DNA of 64,000 bases, taken from Chlorokybus atmophyticus (Eukaryota > Plantae > Mesostigma and Chlorokybus algae). The stretch lies in the NCBI GenBank assembly GCA_009103225.1, contig RHPI01002048.1:1141906-1205905 (forward strand). The letters are read 5' to 3'. Position 1 is the stretch's first letter. Each line of letters begins with the position of its first letter. The translations under genes and the position numbers were made by a program. Positions 57,827 to 64,000 of the stretch are shown here, in pieces. A model generated the notes under the pieces. That model worked only from the letters and a program-made list of their open reading frames with translations. It had not been told where the DNA came from and ran no database searches.

Positions 57827-60800
57827 ATGAAGCCGCTGCTTGCTTCTTCTTCATCATGCGCGCCCGTGTCTATGAACCTGTGCGCTCATCATCCTTTCCA
57901 CTTCAGCAGCTCCTCCACCCCTTCTTCCTCCGCCCATGCACACGCAGCTGCACGCAGCTGCCCCGCCCCTGCATCCCGCAGCAGCACCGGTAAGCTGCCC
58001 GCAGCAGCGCTGCTGTCACTCAACCAGCGTAGGCGTCCGGCGCCAGTGACAGCTGTGAGCTACGCTCAAGACGGCAGCGGCTCATCTTCTCAGGACCAGG
58101 CGAACGGCGACAATGACCCCTTCAACGCCTCGCTGCAATCCCTCCGTGACCTGGCTTCAGCATTGCAGTCGCTTGAAGTGGCCCCAGCAGCTGCCACCGA
58201 CAAGATTGACCAGGCCGCATCCATCCCCTCGCCTTCCACTCCTGAGAACGGGGTTCTCCGTGACCAGGACTTGAAGTTGCAATCAGCCATCGCCGCTGTT
58301 TCTCAACTTGAAGCTAGCCTAGCCACGCAGGTTGGTCTCTCTGTGTTGTCATCGGTTGTATCTTGCTTCCTTGCTTTTTGCAGGGCGCTTGCGCCAAGTG
58401 AGTATACATCTACCAGTGCCAGTACCTTTGAGTAGCAAGTGCCAAGTTAGTTTCTTTGTGCTGTGAAGTGGTAAGCGTCAGCGTTTGCAACTTTAAGCAG
58501 AGCCCAGCATTTCAGTAGGCTTTTCCAAAATGATGTTGCAGCGAGCTTAGCCACAATGCTGTGCTTTCAGATGGCCACTCAAAAAACTGCCTGATGCGGT
58601 CGGCATGGGTCTTATGTTGTAATCAGTGCAATTAGCTAGGCTCATGTTCGCGCTGGGTTGTAAAGCATTGCCAGCATCAAAAAGAGTATAGCGGCAACCG
58701 AATTGTCGCGCTTGCCATGTGAGGTAAACAACGGTGTGCTGCGCTGTACGCGCTATGCTTTGTTTAGCTTGTTAGTATTCCTCTACTATCCTGGTTGGTC
58801 AGAGCTCAGAGATCAACTTGCCACCTCAATCTCAGTTGCTCTAGTAACTTCTGAAACAAGCTTTACGGTGTGCACTTATACAACTATGCATGCAGGAGGC
58901 GGAGGTTGCTGAGCTTCGAGCTCACTGTTCGAGACAAGAAGAGCAGCTGAGGTTGCTGGAGCAGGAACGGCAGTCTGCCTTGACAGGTGCGGAGCAGCAG
59001 CATGCGGCCGTCCAAGCTCGCAACGAAGATGCTCAGGCACTCAAGCAGGAAGTGACTAACCTTCAAGCTCGCTTGGCAGAGGTGTGTTAACCGCCATTGA
59101 CTGTTTTTGCCAACTCTCATGGCAGTCATCACCACTTTCTCGTTGCCTACGTGTGCAACAGTGTGCCATACAACTCAGCACATATGCTGCTTGGTAACCA
59201 GACATGCCTTCTGACAAACATCTTGCTAACTGCCTAATGCATACCTGCACATAGCATGCGTACATGACAAGCAGACCAGTTGTGCGCAGCATGTTGTGCA
59301 CATAGTGAGCCAGCTATGCATATGCCACAGGCTGAGAAACGTCTGCGGCTGTCTGAGGAAAGGGTATCTGCTACTCAATCGGGGAATGATGACCCCGAAT
59401 ACGCCGATAAGCTAGAAGCACAAGTAGCTGATTTGGAGGACGAACTGCAGGCTTTACAGGAAGACCTTGCAGCGAAAGAAGCTGCCTTGGAAGAGGTGTG
59501 CAATTGCCCTTGAAGCTGTTTGCTGTCACTCCAATGCTTACTGAAGCTTTGTTACTATGCGCAACTTATCTGGGAGGTCAATGCATCAAGCAACAATGAA
59601 GTTGGGGACTGATGAAGTTTTGTGCAGGCTACAGCAGGTACAGAGGAGTTGATTGCGGAAGTGGAATCTCTTGAGACCAGTTTTGATGAGATGGGCAACA
59701 TGCTGCGGTCTATGGCAGCAGCCAAGCAGAAGGTTGGTGATTGGCCTAAGCAAAGTCAGTTGGTTACTTGCCTGCATTGCGCATGCACAGTATTTGACAA
59801 AGGTTTGCTTGTGTCAGGCAGAGGCCGACCTTCGAAGAGCCGAACAAGAGCTAATAGAAGCCACCACTCAGCTGGGAACCCTAACAGGCCAGGTTGCTAC
59901 GGTGTGCTTGGTTGCAGCATGTGTACTAGTTGTAAGCAACCCAAGCATGCTGGAGTGTTCTTGATGGTACCATTGACATGCACCACAGGCGCACGAGCTT
60001 GAGGCACGCCTGAAATCCAGAGAGGAAAAGCGTCAGGCTTTGTTCACTCAGCTGCGAGCGGACAGTCCACCTGAGGAGTTAGTGACTGCTGTGTTAGAGC
60101 AGACACGTGTGATTGAGGAAGCTGTCAACCTGGTGAGTGTGCAGCAAATGTGTCTGCTGCGTGCAACATTGTTTATTCACTATGTACTGCACAGGAAAAC
60201 GCACCAGCATCTCTGAACGAGACCATTGACTCCGTGTTTTATGCTAACGGGGTCATCAGGGAGTGTGCTCACCGTCTTCAGCCACTTCTTCAACGACATG
60301 ATACCCAGGCAAGTGCATGCCGCGTTTCTCACATATAGTACTCTGTAGGCTGCTCGTATATGCATTTAACATTTGCTCACCGCAGATCAGCCGCATGCAA
60401 GGCTTGTTGCACGACAAGGCGCGCGAGATGGGCGTGGTTCAGAATAGTTTGCAAGAGTCTTCTGCTCTCAATCAAAAAGCCAAGAACAATGCAGCTATGG
60501 TTGACGACCTTGTGCAGAAGGTCATCATTGCGTGGAGTTTACTTTGCTACTCTACTTCATCGGCCTTCTTTTCTTGACACAACACACTGACCTCTCTTGC
60601 ATTTCACTGCAGGTGCAGCAATTGGAAGAAGCCTTGTCAGCTCGGGATGCACAACTGGAAGCGCAGGGAGAGCAGCTGGCAGCCGAAGCTCAGCGGTTGA
60701 AGGTATGTCGACAGTTGGTCACCTTGTCAGATAGTTGCAGACGAGTTGCACAACTGCCAACGTACATGCCGCAACAAGCCAAGTTTTAGATTCATATCTG

Positions 60801-63000
60801 TGAGTGCAGGGTTACAGATATTGCAACATATATCTGTGTTGACACAGGTTGAGCAGCTGATTACCGAGCGTGATGCTGCCGTGTCGGCAGCTTCCCAAAG
60901 GATCAACAAGTTGCAGGATCAGGTGAGTTGACTAACTGAGTCCCTCAAGTTGCCATGCAGGCTGCCCCATCTGCTGCATGCAGTTGCGCATGTTGTCAAC
61001 AGTTGGTGGGTTGGTGTTTATTCTATATCAAAACACAGGTCAGCACCCTTCAGAAGCAGGCAACTGAGCAGCAGGCAGGCACACAGTCACTATTGGAAGA
61101 GGCCTCTGCTGAGATTGACCGGACAGCAAGTCTTGCAAAAGAGGCCGCGCAGCGCACCGAGTTTTACGCAAAACAGGTGGGTCCATTGGCAGCTGTCTAT
61201 GCAGCCCATAATGCTGTGCAACCTGTCACCCTACAGGTCTGTTACCCGCTGACTGGCATCTGTTGCAGGTGGAGGAGCTGCAGAAGCGCTTGCATTCTGC
61301 CGAAGCGCAGCTCGGGACCGCGCAGCGCGAGCGCACGGAAGCTAAGTCTGCAATGGAGTCGCTCAGGGACGACGTTACTGGCCTTAAACAGGCGGCCGAA
61401 GAGAAGGAAGCTGACCTACAGGCTGTACAGGTACATCATCAACGCTGCAATACTTGTTTGCTGTAATTGACCTGCTCACCACTTGAACGAAGCTTCGTAC
61501 ATGACGGCAGAGAGAAGCTGCGGCAGAGGTGGCAGCGCGACGTGCTGAGTTGAAGCAAGCGCAAGAAAAGTTGGCGGCCACAGAGGCTACCATGCAAGAG
61601 CTTGAAAACAGGCTAAGTCAGCATACGACTGAGATGGCCCGCTTGCAAGAGCGAGCAGCGGCTGAGATGAAGGCAGCTGCGGAGCGCAATGAAGAGCTTC
61701 AAAAGCAGAATGAGGAGTGGCAGAAGCAAGCCAACAAGTGGAAGTCCGCTGCAGAGACTGCATTGTCGGAAATTGAGTCATTGCAGCAGGCTCTCAGCAA
61801 CATGGATAACCAGGTTGCCGCTGTTAGTGATGTGCAGCGACCCCTGCAGGCAAGTTCTTGCTCAGGATGTTTGCGCTTCTTCTTGGTGCAATTGACGCTG
61901 GGTGTGTGGTTACCAACTTTGGTGGCATTGCAGGGGAAAGCGAAGCACCTGTCAGCAGAGGTTAACAAGTTGAAAGAGCAACTGAGGGTAAAGGATCGGG
62001 AGTACAAGCAGAAGGAAGCTTCTATATCGGGCTTGCTGGAGCGCGCTGAGGCAGAAGCCCGGGAGCTGGCCACTGCACAGCAAAGCATGCAGTGTAAGCT
62101 TGAAGCCAACGCGGAGCGCATTGCTGAACTGGAGGACTTGCTTCTTGAAAAAACAAAGCAGCTGCAGCGCACTGCGGTACGAGTTAAGAGGACTATTGTT
62201 TGTGGAATTCTTGTCTCATGTATGCACAGTGATAAAGTAAATTACGGCACAATGTCTGCTCAAGCGCTTACATCAACTGGCTTGTGCACCAGGATGGCTT
62301 GCAGAAGAAGGAAAAAGAACTGCAGGAGCAATCAAGTCAGCTGTCAGCGCAGAAATCACAAGATCAAGAGGTGCTTTCGCAGTTGCGGAAGCAGTTGCAA
62401 GATGAGCAACGTGCGGCAGAAAAGGCAAACGCAGCTGCCAAGAAGGCACTAGCAGACAAGGAGGTGCGCTTGCGTCAAGCTGAGCAGTTGCTAGCAGCAT
62501 TCACCGCAAAAGTCGGAGAGTTGGAAAATAGCGTAAATACCACTCGAGTGGTGATGGAGCGCTTGCGGACGGAGTCTATCGTTAAAGATCAAGCTACTGC
62601 TGCAGCCAACGCCAAAGCATTGCAGGTTCGTCACCAACTTGGCTCAACGACAGCTTACATGCGCACTGTATGCATGGAATGTGATAGTCGTGGTCTCTAA
62701 CAGTTGATGTGCCAGCCATAGCAAATGTAACAGAAGTTGCCTCTGTTTGCAGGCAACAGCAGAGATCAATGCTCTGCGTAGCAAGGAGGCAGAGCTGGAA
62801 GTGACACTGGAAGAGCTGGAACAGGTTCGAGAAGTGGTGCGGGAAAAAGACAATGCTTTGCAGCTGCAGCGGGAGGTACTGCAGGACATGCTGGCACAAG
62901 TGGAGCAACTCGGTGTGACGACATAAAGCGCGGGTTAGCTCAAAATCTGAGCCACGCCATGCACGTCCCCACGTACAGGTGGCACAGCACAAGGTTGAAC
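57827..63000 (+). CDS. Long multi-exon coiled-coil protein with Ser/Ala-rich, transit-peptide-like N-terminus; 3' end uncertain
   Basis: Many short E/Q/A/K/L-rich exons with GT..CAG boundaries (e.g. 58890-59082, 59330-59496, 60614-60702, 61270-61430, 61933-62177, 62293-62626); N-terminus MKPLLASSSSCAPVS... Confidence 0.75.
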
Positions 63001-63457
63001 GCGCCAATGAGGACAGGTTTGCTTGTCTACTGGTGGAGTTGTAACGTATTGCACTAGCTAGCAATAGGGTTAGGGTGCCAGCACATACTCCATTGCCCGT
63101 ACTCATAGCAAGGGTAGCACGCACTACCTGCGTGGCTTGTAACTGTCTTGCAATGCTTACAGGGTCAGGCAGTGTACATGTCAGGAAGTTAATGATTGGA
63201 CAGCTAAGGTCCCTGCCATGCCATCGAGCAATTCCCACTGGCCAGGCGCGACATGTGAAGCATTGCATCACGGCATGCATCATATGAGACGTAGATGCAT
63301 CAGTGGTAGCATCTAAGCGCTGTTGGTCTATCCCACCGCAGACGTGGACATGCTGTTCCAATATGACGTGGTTTGGCTGTGCATTTGTTGTGATGTTTAC
63401 TGGTGCAAAGCAGCAATTGATGTACATGCGACAACAAAGGACAAAGTGCCCTTGTAG

Positions 63458-64000
63458 TTAACCATAGCTAGCAGTCCGATCTTCTTGCATCGGAAGATCC
63501 AATTCCAACGAATCATGGTCAGAATCCCAGTCAATGTCTGTCGGAATTGCAAAGGCGCTTCTGTTCGCTTGTTGCATAGCCAGCATACTGTGCATGGCCC
63601 TTGGGCTGGTGGGAGAAGCCGAAGGGAAGCTTGGTGATGATGCACCCACTGCCTGCTGAACTGTACTCGAGGGTGGCCCAACATCCTCAAACTCAGCCAC
63701 ATCAAGACTTGGCTCTTGCCGCGTGTTGCTATAATTGTTGTGATGCGTTGCAAACTGCGCAGCAATGCGTTGCACCGTTGCGGGCGGCTTGTCGGGAAGA
63801 ACGTCTTGCATCTGCCATGCTGCCGGTGCAGAAGGCAATGCGGCAATAGTGCCCTGTTCTTCTTTTTCACCCTTCTTTCCCCCCATCTTAGAGTTTTTCC
63901 TGGGGGTTTCAGGTGGCGGCAGGCTGACGGCACGTATGGACCGCGAGCCTATCGCAAGGCCTCTGTCTGAGGTGGGCACGCTCCTCGACATCACCTCCTC
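63458..64000 (-). CDS. C-terminal exon of an unidentified gene running off the window
   Basis: Low-complexity Ser/Pro-rich ORF open to the window edge, ending ..DWDSDHDSLELDLPMQEDRTASYG*. Confidence 0.55.
   Translation of the reverse strand, partial: EEVMSRSVPTSDRGLAIGSRSIRAVSLPPPETPRKNSKMGGKKGEKEEQGTIAALPSAPAAWQMQDVLPDKPPATVQRIAAQFATHHNNYSNTRQEPSLDVAEFEDVGPPSSTVQQAVGASSPSFPSASPTSPRAMHSMLAMQQANRSAFAIPTDIDWDSDHDSLELDLPMQEDRTASYG

Overview
Eukaryotic nuclear DNA with spliceosomal introns, GC near 50% and N gaps at G/C runs. The plant-type CBP20 exon structure and a U12 intron suggest a streptophyte-type green alga (inference). About 1-51 kb is a nested transposon graveyard. A degraded Plavaka-family transposase (minus strand) is split by a 21-kb CACTA/EnSpm-type element (10545-31567, 3-bp TSD CTT); removing it restores the reading frame. 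That element's transposase is in turn split by a young, intact Ty1/copia element (15128-20033, TSD TGCCG). Both DNA transposon loci lie next to or contain chromatin-enzyme genes. Tail-to-tail with the Plavaka transposase is a frameshifted gene reading PHD-like - Tudor-like - phage/bacterial-type C5 DNA methyltransferase. Inside the CACTA element are a zinc-finger - SET - coiled-coil gene, a third possibly BAH-like gene, and intronic 57-bp arrays carrying a CTCATAGGCACTG motif. Also present: a 5.7-kb non-autonomous relative (43081-48789, TSD TAG), a 1.5-kb CACCG-ended element (4478-5978, TSD AGC) and chromovirus remnants. From about 52 kb are host genes: an R2R3-MYB, NCBP2/CBP20 with a U12-type AT-AA (or AT-AG) intron, a long coiled-coil protein and the 3' end of another gene. 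All domain calls are by-eye motif recognition, not database hits.
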